Origin: an uncultured Christensenella sp.
Lineage (GTDB): Bacteria > Bacillota > Clostridia > Christensenellales > Borkfalkiaceae
Direction: 5' to 3'
Assembly: GCA_910583855.1 (NCBI GenBank)
Contig: CAJTYL010000008.1
Coordinates: 33,253-97,252 of the forward strand
Length of the DNA: 64,000 nucleotides
A model generated the notes under the pieces. It did no database searches. It was not told where the DNA came from and saw nothing but the letters and a program-made list of their open reading frames with translations. Shown here piece by piece: positions 24,965 through 32,697 of the stretch (position 1 is the first letter of the stretch; each line of letters starts with the position of its first letter). The position numbers were made by a program, and so were the translations under genes.

Positions 24965-25894
24965 TTATTCCATTACGGCAGCCGCCGCGCCGTAACCGCC
25001 CGCTCTGTTGCCGAGCGTTGCACATTCTATCTTCACCGGCGCGTAATCGGTACCGCCGAAAAGCTCTTCGTCGACGAGCTTCTGAAGTGGTATCGTAAGT
25101 CGGGAACCCTGCGCAGCCACGCCTCCGCCTATCAGAATAACCTGGGGGCGGAAAATGTTTGCCACGTTCGTAAGTCCGCAAGCAAGATACTTCAAATACC
25201 AGTTCACAACCATACGCGCCGTTCTGTCGCAGTCCATATATTCAAAAGCTGTTCTTCCGTCCGCCGTTGCAAGAGAATAGGTTTTCCACATCTCCGAAGA
25301 GGTGTCCTCTTCCATCGCCCACTTAGTTCTTGCAGTGAGTGCGCGTGCAGAGCAATATACCTCAAAGCAGCCGCGCCTTCCGCAAGTGCAGGCGTTACCT
25401 CCGCGCTCTATTACCATATGCCCGATTTCGGTACCGGCACCCTTGTAACCGTCAAAAAGCTTGCCGTCAATCACCACGCCGCCGCCGACGCCCGTACCGA
25501 GGGTTATCATAACGCTGTCCTTATAGCCCTTTCCCGCGCCGAACTTCGCTTCACCCAAAGCAGCCGCGTTTGCATCGTTGAGCACCTTGACGGGAACGCC
25601 CAAATTCTTTATAAGACGGTCCTGAAGGGGGAAATTTTTCAGTTTTAAATTGCCGGCAAAGACGATAATTCCGTTTTCGTCAACAAGACCGGGACAGCAT
25701 ACGCCTATGCCGTTCAGCCCCGAAAACGTTTTGCCGGTAAGTCTAACAAGCTTTTCGGCAATCTCTTCAATGCAACCCAAAAGCTCTTCCCCGACGCGAG
25801 TGGGAACGCTGTCCTCACAAACAATTTTCCCCTTTTCGTCTATAACCAAACCTTTTATCGCCGTTCCGCCGACGTCAAGCCCCATATATAGCAC
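24965..25894 (-). CDS. glcK: ROK family glucokinase
   Basis: MGLDVGGTAIKG ATP-binding motif, ROK zinc motif GHMVIERGGNACTCGRRGCFEVY, and LGTGVGGG. GTG start at 25894 with GAGGTGG upstream; an alternative ATG lies at 25885. Confidence 0.85.
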   Translation of the reverse strand: MLYMGLDVGGTAIKGLVIDEKGKIVCEDSVPTRVGEELLGCIEEIAEKLVRLTGKTFSGLNGIGVCCPGLVDENGIIVFAGNLKLKNFPLQDRLIKNLGVPVKVLNDANAAALGEAKFGAGKGYKDSVMITLGTGVGGGVVIDGKLFDGYKGAGTEIGHMVIERGGNACTCGRRGCFEVYCSARALTARTKWAMEEDTSSEMWKTYSLATADGRTAFEYMDCDRTARMVVNWYLKYLACGLTNVANIFRPQVILIGGGVAAQGSRLTIPLQKLVDEELFGGTDYAPVKIECATLGNRAGGYGAAAAVME

Positions 25895-25984
25895 TGTGCC
25901 ACCTCAGATTATTTTTATTTTTATATTTTAAGTATATACCTTCAATTAAAGTCCGTCAAGAGCAATCGTAAAAATATTATCTAT

Positions 25985-26008
25985 TAAAAAAGCACGCCGA
26001 CGCGTGCT
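25985..26008 (-). terminator. Rho-independent terminator after dut
   Basis: Stem AGCACGC (25991-25997) / GCGTGCT (26002-26008), loop CGAC. A run of six A at 25985-25990 gives the minus-strand U-tract. Confidence 0.7.
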
Positions 26009-26012
26009 TTGC

Positions 26013-26492
26013 TTATTTGGTACCGGTTGAACCGAAGCCGCCCGCACCGCGAACGGTTTCCGACAGTTCGTCCGATTCGACGAACTCTGCGGTAAGATAG
26101 GGCGTTATAACTAGTTGCGCTATCCTTTCCCCCGCGACAACCGTCTGCGGAACCGAGGAATGGTTATGTAGCGCAACCTTTACTTCCCCCCGATAGTCGC
26201 AATCGACTACGCCGACTTTGTTTGCGGGGGCAAGCCCTTTCTTGGTCGCAAGCCCGCTTCTTGCATAGATGAGCCCCGCAAAACCGAGCGGAAGCTCAAC
26301 GGCAAGCCCCGTAGGGACAAGGACCGTCTCGTGCGGGTTTATATTTAGCTCTTCGTCCACGCAGGCATACAGGTCCGCGCCCGCGGCATATTCACTGCCG
26401 TACGAAGGTAAAATCGCCTTAGAACTCAGTTTCTTTATACCGACTCTCATTTTTTTGATTTTTGAGCCAAATAATTTTACACTGTTTTTCAT
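26013..26492 (-). CDS. dut: dUTP diphosphatase (dUTPase)
   Basis: Motifs AAGADLYA, ARSGLATKKGL, VGVVDCDYRGEV, GERIAQLV and RGAGGFGSTG. The ATG at 26492 has AAAGGAA upstream. An internal ATG at 26450 (MRVGIKKL) would give a canonical-length protein. Confidence 0.9.
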   Translation of the reverse strand: MKNSVKLFGSKIKKMRVGIKKLSSKAILPSYGSEYAAGADLYACVDEELNINPHETVLVPTGLAVELPLGFAGLIYARSGLATKKGLAPANKVGVVDCDYRGEVKVALHNHSSVPQTVVAGERIAQLVITPYLTAEFVESDELSETVRGAGGFGSTGTK

Positions 26493-26511
26493 TTGTAATT
26501 TCCTTTAAAAT

Positions 26512-26542
26512 CGCGTTAGTTGGCGTATATGTATGGGTTAAA
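26512..26542 (+). repeat. Dispersed ~30-nt motif, copy i (diverged): CGCGTTAGTTGGCGTATATGTATGGGTTAAA
   Basis: Lies in the nrdG-dut intergenic gap. Its orientation is opposite to that of the flanking genes. Confidence 0.45.
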
Positions 26543-27071
26543 CTATCGTAACCTCGTCCCAAAGAATGATTTTATCCTCTTTCAGAGAAGGCTTTAAAAG
26601 TATAATCCGCTGGTTTGCGGAACCGCGAAACTTTAAGTTGAAATCCTTCAAATCCTCAACAAATCTGCCGTCGACGAGGACATCAAGACAGTTAAGCATA
26701 CGCATAACGTTATCCGCGCCGCCAAGCTTGCCGGTGAGCAAATCTTTCTCATAGTCGTAGCCCGTAAACGCCCAAAACGACTTTTCGGGGTAAGCTTTTC
26801 TCAACGTCTCCAAAAAAGGCGCTAAAACCTTTTGATTTTCGGGCTCGAACGGGTCGCCGCCCAACAGCGTAAAGCCCTTTATGTAATCGGGCTTCAGTCC
26901 TTCGATTATTTTTTTTTCGATATCTTCGGTAAAAGGCTCGCCGTAATTAAAGTCCCACGTTTCGGGGTTGAAGCAGTTCTTGCAGTGGTTGCGGCAACCC
27001 GAAACGTACAGGGAAACCCTGACCCCCGGCCCGTTGGAAATATCGTACCATTTTATCGTTGCGTATTTCAT
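26538..27071 (-). CDS. nrdG: Anaerobic ribonucleoside-triphosphate reductase activating protein (radical SAM)
   Basis: N-terminus DISNGPGVRVSLYVSGCRNHCKNCFNPETW (CxxxCxxC cluster). It lies immediately downstream of nrdD. Confidence 0.9.
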   Translation of the reverse strand: MKYATIKWYDISNGPGVRVSLYVSGCRNHCKNCFNPETWDFNYGEPFTEDIEKKIIEGLKPDYIKGFTLLGGDPFEPENQKVLAPFLETLRKAYPEKSFWAFTGYDYEKDLLTGKLGGADNVMRMLNCLDVLVDGRFVEDLKDFNLKFRGSANQRIILLKPSLKEDKIILWDEVTIV

Positions 27072-27102
27072 TTAACCCCCGTATATGCCTTAAATAACGG
27101 CA
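27072..27102 (-). repeat. Dispersed ~30-nt motif, copy c: TGCCGTTATTTAAGGCATATACGGGGGTTAA
   Basis: Fills the 37-bp nrdD-nrdG gap. Its GGGGG run sits 4 nt upstream of the nrdG ATG. Confidence 0.7.
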
Positions 27103-27108
27103 TTTTTC

Positions 27109-29235
27109 TTATAAATGGAGTACTCTTGCCTTAATCTCTTTGGTCTTACCTACGTTCCAGAAATTCTCGCCGAGGTAGCCGCAGGTACGGCGGGTTACGT
27201 TCATTTTGCGTTGGTCTTTATTGTGGCAGACGGGACATTCCCACTCGTTGTCGTCGTTAATCAGTATTTCACCGTCGAAGCCGCAAACGTGGCAATAGTC
27301 GGATTTGGTGTTGAACTCGGCGTACTGAATGTTATCGTAAATAAAGCGTACAACGTCCTCCATAGCGGTCAGGTTCTGGCGCATATTTGGAATTTCAACG
27401 TAAGAAATTGCTCCGCCCGAAGAAATTTTCTGGAATTGGCTTTCAAATTGGAATTTTGAAAATGCGTCGATTTTCTCGCGCACGTCAACATGATAACTGT
27501 TGGTATAATAGCCTTTGTCGGTTACGTCCTCGATAGTGCCGAAGCGCTCTTTATCTATTCTCGCAAAGCGGTAGCAAAGGCTTTCCGCAGGAGTGCCGTA
27601 AAGCCCGAAGCCAAGCCCCGTTTCCTTCTTCCACTTCTCGCAGTGTTCGCGCAAAACCGTCATTACTTTAACGGCGAATTTACAGCCCTCTTCGGTGGTG
27701 TGGGATACGCCCTTGACAAGCTTCGTCAACTCGTAGAGCCCTATATATCCCAAAGATATAGTTGAATAACCGTCTAAAAGGTACTTGTCGATTTTTTCTC
27801 CGCTTTGCAGTCTTGCAATCGCGCCATACTGCCAATGCACGGGAGAAACGTCGCTCGTTATACCCATAAGCGCGTTATGGCGACACATCAAAGCCTGATA
27901 GCACAGGTCAAGCCTTTCTTCCAAAATTTCCCAGAATTTCTTTTCGTCGCCTTTTGCAAGTATGCCGCATTGAGGAAGATTGATTGAAACTACGCCCTGG
28001 TTAAACCTGCCTTCAAACTTGTAATTGCCGTTTTCGTCTTTCCACGGGGATAAGAACGATCGACACCCCATAGGCGAGAACACGTTTCCTTCGTAATGCT
28101 CGCGCATTTTCTTTGCGGAGATATAGTCTGGATAGAGACGCTTTGAAGAGCATTTAACCGCAAGTTTGGTAAGATAGTCGTACTTCCCGCCCTTTAAACA
28201 GTTGTTTTCGTCCAAGACGTAAATGAGCTTGGGGAAAGCAGGAGTTACGTAAACGCCTTTCTCGTTCTTTATACCCTGATAACGCTGTTCGAGTATTTCC
28301 CCGATGATCATTGCGTTTTCTTCTATGTATTCGTCTTTTTCGTCAAGGTATAAAAACAGCGTTACGAACGGCGACTGCCCGTTGGTAGTCATAAGCGTGT
28401 TAATCTGATACTGAATAGTTTGTACACCCGCTTTAAGCGCTTCCTTTACGCGCATATCCACAAAGTGTTTCTTTGTCTCGGCACTGAGCGTGTCGCCGAA
28501 CTCTTCCTCGCACTGTATTACATACTTGTCCTTCGTGCGCCTTAAATATTTGCCGAGGTGCGCCATATTGACGGACTGCCCGCCGTACTGTGAGGACGCA
28601 ACCGACGCGATAATCTGCGTCGTAATGGTACATGCCGTCTGGAAGGATTTGGGACTTTCAATCATCTTGCCGTTCATAACGGTGCCGTTTTCAAGCATAT
28701 CTTTTATATTTATAAGACAGCAGTTGAAAATAGGTTGCAAAAAGTAGTCCGCATCGTGAAAATGAATTGCGCCCTCTTCGTGCGCCTTGGAGATATGTTC
28801 GGGAAGCAGAATACGCTTCGTAAGGTCCTTGGATACCTCGCCCGCAATGAGGTCGCGCTGTGTAGCCGCGGTGCGGGCGTTCTTGTTGGAATTCTCCTCC
28901 ATAACGTCTTTATTGGAATTTCTTATAAGCGAAAGTATACTCTCGTCCGTAGTATTTGCCTTACGGATTAAAGCGCGTTCGTACCGATAGAGAATGTACG
29001 ACTTCATAAGCTGATACTTCTGAAGCTCCATCAGCTTCTCTTCCACCATATCCTGAATGTCTTCAACGAGCATTCTCTTTCTGTGGCGGGAAGCGATTTC
29101 GTCAACGATAGCCTCAATCTGCGCGTCGGTAATCCTGTCCTCGAAGTCAACGGCAGAATTCGCCTTGCCGATTGCAACCGTAATTTTCTTCCTGTCGAAT
29201 TCGCACGTAGTGCCGTCGCGCTTGATAACTTTCAT
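27109..29235 (-). CDS. nrdD: Anaerobic ribonucleoside-triphosphate reductase (class III RNR)
   Basis: ATP-cone N-terminus MKVIKRDGTTCEFDRKKI, C-terminal Zn ribbon CHVCG...CPVCH, and glycyl-radical motif RRTCGYLG. I place the start at the ATG at 29233-29235, because GGAGGAAACTTAT lies directly upstream. The track start at 29259 is probably an over-extension. Confidence 0.93.
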   Translation of the reverse strand: MKVIKRDGTTCEFDRKKITVAIGKANSAVDFEDRITDAQIEAIVDEIASRHRKRMLVEDIQDMVEEKLMELQKYQLMKSYILYRYERALIRKANTTDESILSLIRNSNKDVMEENSNKNARTAATQRDLIAGEVSKDLTKRILLPEHISKAHEEGAIHFHDADYFLQPIFNCCLINIKDMLENGTVMNGKMIESPKSFQTACTITTQIIASVASSQYGGQSVNMAHLGKYLRRTKDKYVIQCEEEFGDTLSAETKKHFVDMRVKEALKAGVQTIQYQINTLMTTNGQSPFVTLFLYLDEKDEYIEENAMIIGEILEQRYQGIKNEKGVYVTPAFPKLIYVLDENNCLKGGKYDYLTKLAVKCSSKRLYPDYISAKKMREHYEGNVFSPMGCRSFLSPWKDENGNYKFEGRFNQGVVSINLPQCGILAKGDEKKFWEILEERLDLCYQALMCRHNALMGITSDVSPVHWQYGAIARLQSGEKIDKYLLDGYSTISLGYIGLYELTKLVKGVSHTTEEGCKFAVKVMTVLREHCEKWKKETGLGFGLYGTPAESLCYRFARIDKERFGTIEDVTDKGYYTNSYHVDVREKIDAFSKFQFESQFQKISSGGAISYVEIPNMRQNLTAMEDVVRFIYDNIQYAEFNTKSDYCHVCGFDGEILINDDNEWECPVCHNKDQRKMNVTRRTCGYLGENFWNVGKTKEIKARVLHL

Positions 29236-29268
29236 ATAAGTTTCCTCCGAATAGTGCAAGTAAAAACA

Positions 29269-29297
29269 ATTCTACCACTTATTTTGTGGTTTGTCAA
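29269..29297 (-). promoter_or_regulatory. Candidate nrdDG promoter P2 (TTGACA-17-TAGAAT)
   Basis: Minus-strand reading: TTGACA (29292-29297), 17-nt spacer, TAGAAT (29269-29274), about 34 nt upstream of the ATG. Confidence 0.45.
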
Positions 29298-29306
29298 TAC
29301 CGCCAA

Positions 29307-29322
29307 ATACAATATATTGTGT
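29307..29322. promoter_or_regulatory. NrdR-box-like palindrome 1 (ATACAATATATTGTGT)
   Basis: Matches 15 of 16 positions of the NrdR box consensus as I recall it (acaCwAtATaTwGtgt). It sits 10 nt upstream of the P2 -35. Confidence 0.6.
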
Positions 29323-29380
29323 TAATTGTCAAAAAATTACTTGTCTCCGCCACTGCCGTATCTTGGGCGCAGCAAAGACA

Positions 29381-29409
29381 AGTATAATACTTACGGAACT
29401 CAGTGTCAA
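29381..29409 (-). promoter_or_regulatory. Candidate nrdDG promoter P1 (TTGACA-17-TATACT)
   Basis: Minus-strand reading: TTGACA (29404-29409), 17-nt spacer, TATACT (29381-29386). Confidence 0.45.
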
Positions 29410-29417
29410 GTGTTGGG

Positions 29418-29433
29418 CTACAATATCTTGTGT
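29418..29433. promoter_or_regulatory. NrdR-box-like palindrome 2 (CTACAATATCTTGTGT)
   Basis: Matches 13 of 16 positions of the recalled consensus. Its centre is 33 bp from box 3 (about three helical turns), like tandem NrdR operators. Confidence 0.55.
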
Positions 29434-29450
29434 GAAAATTTTGAACACCG

Positions 29451-29466
29451 CAACTAAATATTGTGT
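29451..29466. promoter_or_regulatory. NrdR-box-like palindrome 3 (CAACTAAATATTGTGT)
   Basis: Matches 13 of 16 positions of the recalled consensus and shares the ATATTGTGT half-site with box 1. Confidence 0.5.
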
Positions 29467-29572
29467 AACAAAAAACAGCGGCAAATCCACGAAAACGCGC
29501 CCAAAACGCTGTTTTTTCGCAAAAAACGAGCAAAAAACTAAAACGAAATTTACAAAAACATTGTTTAACCTG

Positions 29573-29601
29573 TTGCTTTTCCACATAACAAGATTTACAA
29601 T
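29573..29601 (+). promoter_or_regulatory. Promoter of the lipase gene, leaderless geometry (TTGCTT-17-TACAAT-6 nt-ATG)
   Basis: TTGCTT 29573-29578, TACAAT 29596-29601, ATG 29608. No room for a Shine-Dalgarno sequence. Confidence 0.5.
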
Positions 29602-29607
29602 TTTATT

Positions 29608-30387
29608 ATGAAAAACAAGTATCCGATAGTTCTCGTACACGGAATAATGTTAAAGGACGTTAAATTTTTTAAAGCTTTCGGGCGGATAAAAAAATTTTTG
29701 AAAAAGTCCGGTTATACGGTATATACGGCAAACACGGACGGGTTCGGCACGATAGAACACAACGCCGCGCAACTCAAATCCGAAATCGAAACAATTATCG
29801 CCGCCGAAAACAGCGAAAAAGTCAACGTCGTCGCCCACTCAAAGGGCGGGCTTGACGCAAAATATATGATTAAAAACCTCAATATGGAGGACAAGGTCGC
29901 GTCGCTCACCACGCTTTGCACACCGCACAAAGGGTCGCAGATAGCCACAAAACTTCTTAACCTCCCAAAACCCGTAAAAAAGTTCATAGCATTCTGGATA
30001 AACACCGCATATAAAATGTTCGGAGATAAAAAACCAGACTCCCTTGCAGTCTGTATACAGCTTCAAAAGGTCGATAACGACGAAATTGCGCCGTCGGGAC
30101 TTTCAGACAAAGTGTATTGCCAAAGCTATTCGTCAAGGCTATTAAAGGGAAAAGACGACTTTATAATGGGAATACCCCTTTTCTTTTCAAAAAAATACGA
30201 AAAAGATTTAACCGACGGCCTCGTTTCAGTAGAATCGGCGAAGTTCGGAGAATACAGGGGCGACTGCGTGGAAGGTTCGGTGTCCCATTCGGAAATCGCA
30301 GGTTTTATGGTCAAAAAAAAGAAAAAGGAAAAAATTTACGCGTTTTATTTGCAGCTTGCAGACGAACTTGCGCAAATGGGATTTTAA
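29608..30387 (+). CDS. Alpha/beta-hydrolase lipase/esterase (small lipase-like)
   Basis: KYPIVLVHGIM oxyanion-region motif and nucleophile elbow VVAHSKGGLD (A-H-S-x-G). No signal peptide is visible. Confidence 0.75.
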   Translation: MKNKYPIVLVHGIMLKDVKFFKAFGRIKKFLKKSGYTVYTANTDGFGTIEHNAAQLKSEIETIIAAENSEKVNVVAHSKGGLDAKYMIKNLNMEDKVASLTTLCTPHKGSQIATKLLNLPKPVKKFIAFWINTAYKMFGDKKPDSLAVCIQLQKVDNDEIAPSGLSDKVYCQSYSSRLLKGKDDFIMGIPLFFSKKYEKDLTDGLVSVESAKFGEYRGDCVEGSVSHSEIAGFMVKKKKKEKIYAFYLQLADELAQMGF

Positions 30388-30396
30388 AACGGCAAG

Positions 30397-30419
30397 CCGC
30401 CGCGCTCAATGCGCGGCGG
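30397..30419. terminator. Hairpin terminator between the convergent lipase and HNH-like genes
   Basis: CCGCCGCGC (30397-30405), loop TCAAT, GCGCGGCGG (30411-30419), followed by ACCGTCTTTAATTTTT on the plus strand. Confidence 0.6.
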
Positions 30420-30426
30420 ACCGTCT

Positions 30427-30861
30427 TTAATTTTTAACAAATTTTTTCAAATAAGTCAAATCAAGCTTCCATTCGGGTATGCGGTTGCGGCGGCGATGCG
30501 CCTCCGTCGCCTCGCCCAAAGCCTTGCGGTATTCAGCGTAGGTGCAGCCGTTCACTTTCATAAAATGTCTGCTTGCGCGTTCCTCACCGCCCGTCAACGT
30601 GGTTCTGCCGATATGGATAACCTCGTGGCAGCTTTTGCACACGGCGATAACGTTTTTAAGCTTCTGCAGGGCGTTCTTTTCATCGTATTCCCACTGCTCG
30701 TGCGCCTCTAAACGCGCCGATACACCCCCGCATATGCTGCATTTACCGCCTGCGCGGGCATAAGCTTCCTTTCGCACGACGTCCCATTGCGCCGGTGTGA
30801 GCAGACTTCTTAAATTACTGTACCAACAACTGTCGGGCACCATTTCAAATTCCAACTTCAT
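30427..30861 (-). CDS. HNH-type zinc-finger protein (putative HNH nuclease family); function unknown
   Basis: Cys/His pattern GGKCSICGG...LEAHEQWEY...VIAVCKSCHEVIHIG fits CxxC...H...CxxCH HNH/zinc-ribbon proteins. Assigned by motif only. Confidence 0.5.
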   Translation of the reverse strand: MKLEFEMVPDSCWYSNLRSLLTPAQWDVVRKEAYARAGGKCSICGGVSARLEAHEQWEYDEKNALQKLKNVIAVCKSCHEVIHIGRTTLTGGEERASRHFMKVNGCTYAEYRKALGEATEAHRRRNRIPEWKLDLTYLKKFVKN

Positions 30862-30867
30862 ATTTAA

Positions 30868-30896
30868 GTTATATCATAAAATTCAATTATTTTCAA
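30868..30896 (-). promoter_or_regulatory. Promoter of the HNH-like gene, leaderless geometry (TTGAAA-17-TATAAC-6 nt-ATG)
   Basis: Minus-strand reading: TTGAAA (30891-30896), 17-nt spacer, TATAAC (30868-30873), TTAAAT, then ATG (30859-30861). Confidence 0.5.
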
Positions 30897-30903
30897 GAAA
30901 AAC

Positions 30904-30932
30904 TTGACGGAACAGACGCCATAGCTTAAAAT
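30904..30932 (+). promoter_or_regulatory. Promoter of the 202-aa membrane protein gene, leaderless geometry (TTGACG-17-TAAAAT-6 nt-ATG)
   Basis: TTGACG 30904-30909, TAAAAT 30927-30932, ATG 30939. It lies back-to-back with the HNH-like promoter, with 7 bp between the two -35 hexamers. Confidence 0.5.
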
Positions 30933-30938
30933 ATTAAT

Positions 30939-31547
30939 ATGCCTAATTTAAATACCGAAGAAATAAAAAAACTGAAAAAGGGAGAGCTGTGGGGTCTGAT
31001 TGCACTGTCTTTCGCCGGGATTAGTTGCGTTGCCGCAATCGTTTTTTTTGCCCTTGCGATAGCCCGCCCCGACGACGGTTTTCGCATATACGGTTCGATT
31101 TTATGCGCGCCTCTCAGCATCTTTGCCGCGGTTGCGGCGGTTTGCAATCTTAAATACGGCAGAGCGATTGATAAAATTATCAAAAACTACGTGCGCGAAG
31201 TTTTTATCGAAAACGCCGCGCTTATGCACCCCGAGCGCGACAGTCTAACCTATTATATTTCCAACGACGGATGGGAATTTTCCATCAAAGCAAATAACTT
31301 CAAGGAACGGATAATCTTTGATTTCTCGGCATTCGGCAAGCTTTCGGCTATAAGAAAGTCAAGCGTTACGACGACTATAATCGAAAGACTCGAATGGTCG
31401 TACTGCCGTCTTTACGAACGCGGCGGAACATACAAGACCGTATCTTACGCCGTGATTAAGAGCGGAAAACAAGGTAAAACATTCAATATAATCGAAAACG
31501 GCACGCCCGACAAAAAGGCGTACAAGGACTATAAAAAACAGCAGTGA
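30939..31547 (+). CDS. Hypothetical membrane protein (two N-terminal TM helices)
   Basis: Hydrophobic segments LWGLIALSFAGISCVAAIVFFALAIA and ILCAPLSIFAAVAAVCNL. The stop overlaps the start of the downstream ATP-grasp gene (ATGA-type 4-nt overlap at 31544-31547). Confidence 0.6.
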   Translation: MPNLNTEEIKKLKKGELWGLIALSFAGISCVAAIVFFALAIARPDDGFRIYGSILCAPLSIFAAVAAVCNLKYGRAIDKIIKNYVREVFIENAALMHPERDSLTYYISNDGWEFSIKANNFKERIIFDFSAFGKLSAIRKSSVTTTIIERLEWSYCRLYERGGTYKTVSYAVIKSGKQGKTFNIIENGTPDKKAYKDYKKQQ

Positions 31548-32425
31548 AAAGAGCGGTTATTATTATTAATGCATACTCCGCCCTCCCCACGGGGCTGAAC
31601 CAAGCCGAACGGCTTAAATCCGAATTCGAACGCTTAGGCGTATCTGCGGATATAAGACGAAACGGCTTTTTTGCGAGCCTTGACGACGGCGGCAAGCTTG
31701 TAAACACGCTTTGCGGCTACGACTTCTGCGTATACCTCGATAAGGACAAATACGCCTCCGCCATTCTGGAAATGAGCGGCTTGCGGCTTTTCAACAGCCA
31801 CGCCGCCGTACGCGTGTGCGACGATAAAGCGGAAACGCACCTTGCGCTTTCGGGTCGAGGGATACCAATGCCGCAGACCGTCCCTGGAACTCTTTGCTAC
31901 GACCCGCAGGCAAAGATAAAGGAGAAAGATATCTTTTTTTTGGAAAAAACCTTCGGCTACCCGATAGTAGTCAAAGAAAGCTACGGCTCGTTGGGTAAAG
32001 GAGTCTACAAGGCGGATAACCGCACGGAGCTTGAGGTGCTGTGCGAAAAATTGAAATGCACCCCTCATCTCTTCCAACGGTTTATTTCTTCAAGCGCGGG
32101 CAAGGATATTCGCGTTATTGCGATAGGGGGCAAAGCTGTTGCTGCAATGGAGCGCAAATCGGATACCGACTTTCGCTCCAACTTAGAGCTGGGCGGCACG
32201 GCAAAATCGATAAAAATAAGCGATAGCCTACGGAATATATGCGAATTAACGGCAAAAACTTTAAAACTCGATTATTGCGGAATCGACGTTTTACACGGCG
32301 AAAACGGGGGCTATTTGGTATGCGAAGTCAACTCCAACGCCTTTTTCGGGGGTATAGAGCGGGTTACCGGCGTGAATATAGCCCGCCTTTACGCGGAATA
32401 TATCTGCAAGCAAATATACGGTTAA
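31544..32425 (+). CDS. RimK-family ATP-grasp ligase (alpha-L-glutamate ligase-like)
   Basis: ATP-grasp motifs GYPIVVKESYGSLGKGVY, FQRFISSSAGKDIRVIAIGGKAVAAMERKS..DFRSNLELGG and CGIDVL....GYLVCEVNSN. Confidence 0.8.
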   Translation: MKRAVIIINAYSALPTGLNQAERLKSEFERLGVSADIRRNGFFASLDDGGKLVNTLCGYDFCVYLDKDKYASAILEMSGLRLFNSHAAVRVCDDKAETHLALSGRGIPMPQTVPGTLCYDPQAKIKEKDIFFLEKTFGYPIVVKESYGSLGKGVYKADNRTELEVLCEKLKCTPHLFQRFISSSAGKDIRVIAIGGKAVAAMERKSDTDFRSNLELGGTAKSIKISDSLRNICELTAKTLKLDYCGIDVLHGENGGYLVCEVNSNAFFGGIERVTGVNIARLYAEYICKQIYG

Positions 32426-32452
32426 CCCCCATATATTCATTAAATATCGCGC
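32421..32452 (-). repeat. Dispersed ~30-nt motif, copy g (diverged): GCGCGATATTTAATGAATATATGGGGGTTAAC
   Basis: Overlaps the stop codon of the RimK-like gene (the TAA within GGTTAACC). Confidence 0.5.
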
Positions 32453-32490
32453 TATTGTATATTTTTTGACGGGTTGCTCAAGCTACTGAT

Positions 32491-32655
32491 ATGAGCAAAC
32501 GCAAGCATAACAAAATGATTGAGGATATATTTGAAAAGTGCGTCAGCGCGAACGAATGCACGGGGCTTTTTCAAAAGGTTTCCCTCGACCCCGACGAGGT
32601 CAAAAAATTTCACGAAATGTATAATAACATAGATGGCAAAGACAGCGTAGAATAA
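32491..32655 (+). CDS. Possible small ORF (54 aa), below the track cutoff: MSKRKHNKMIEDIFEKCVSANECTGLFQKVSLDPDEVKKFHEMYNNIDGKDSVE
   Basis: ATG at 32491, TAA at 32653-32655, followed 8 nt later by a strong terminator. There is no clear RBS, so coding status is uncertain. Confidence 0.3.
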   Translation: MSKRKHNKMIEDIFEKCVSANECTGLFQKVSLDPDEVKKFHEMYNNIDGKDSVE

Positions 32656-32662
32656 TGATAAG

Positions 32663-32697
32663 GCGCCGCCCGCAGTTGCGGGCGGCGCTTTCGTTTT
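32663..32697 (+). terminator. Rho-independent terminator (also lies just 3' of the convergent glpK)
   Basis: 11-bp stem GCGCCGCCCGC (32663-32673) / GCGGGCGGCGC (32678-32688), loop AGTT, then TTTCGTTTT. Confidence 0.8.

Noticed and set aside
29236-29259. Track start of nrdD at 29259 (MHYSEETY...).
   Set aside because: GGAGGAAAC lies inside these codons and is correctly spaced for the ATG at 29235. That start gives the canonical ATP-cone N-terminus MKVIKRDG.
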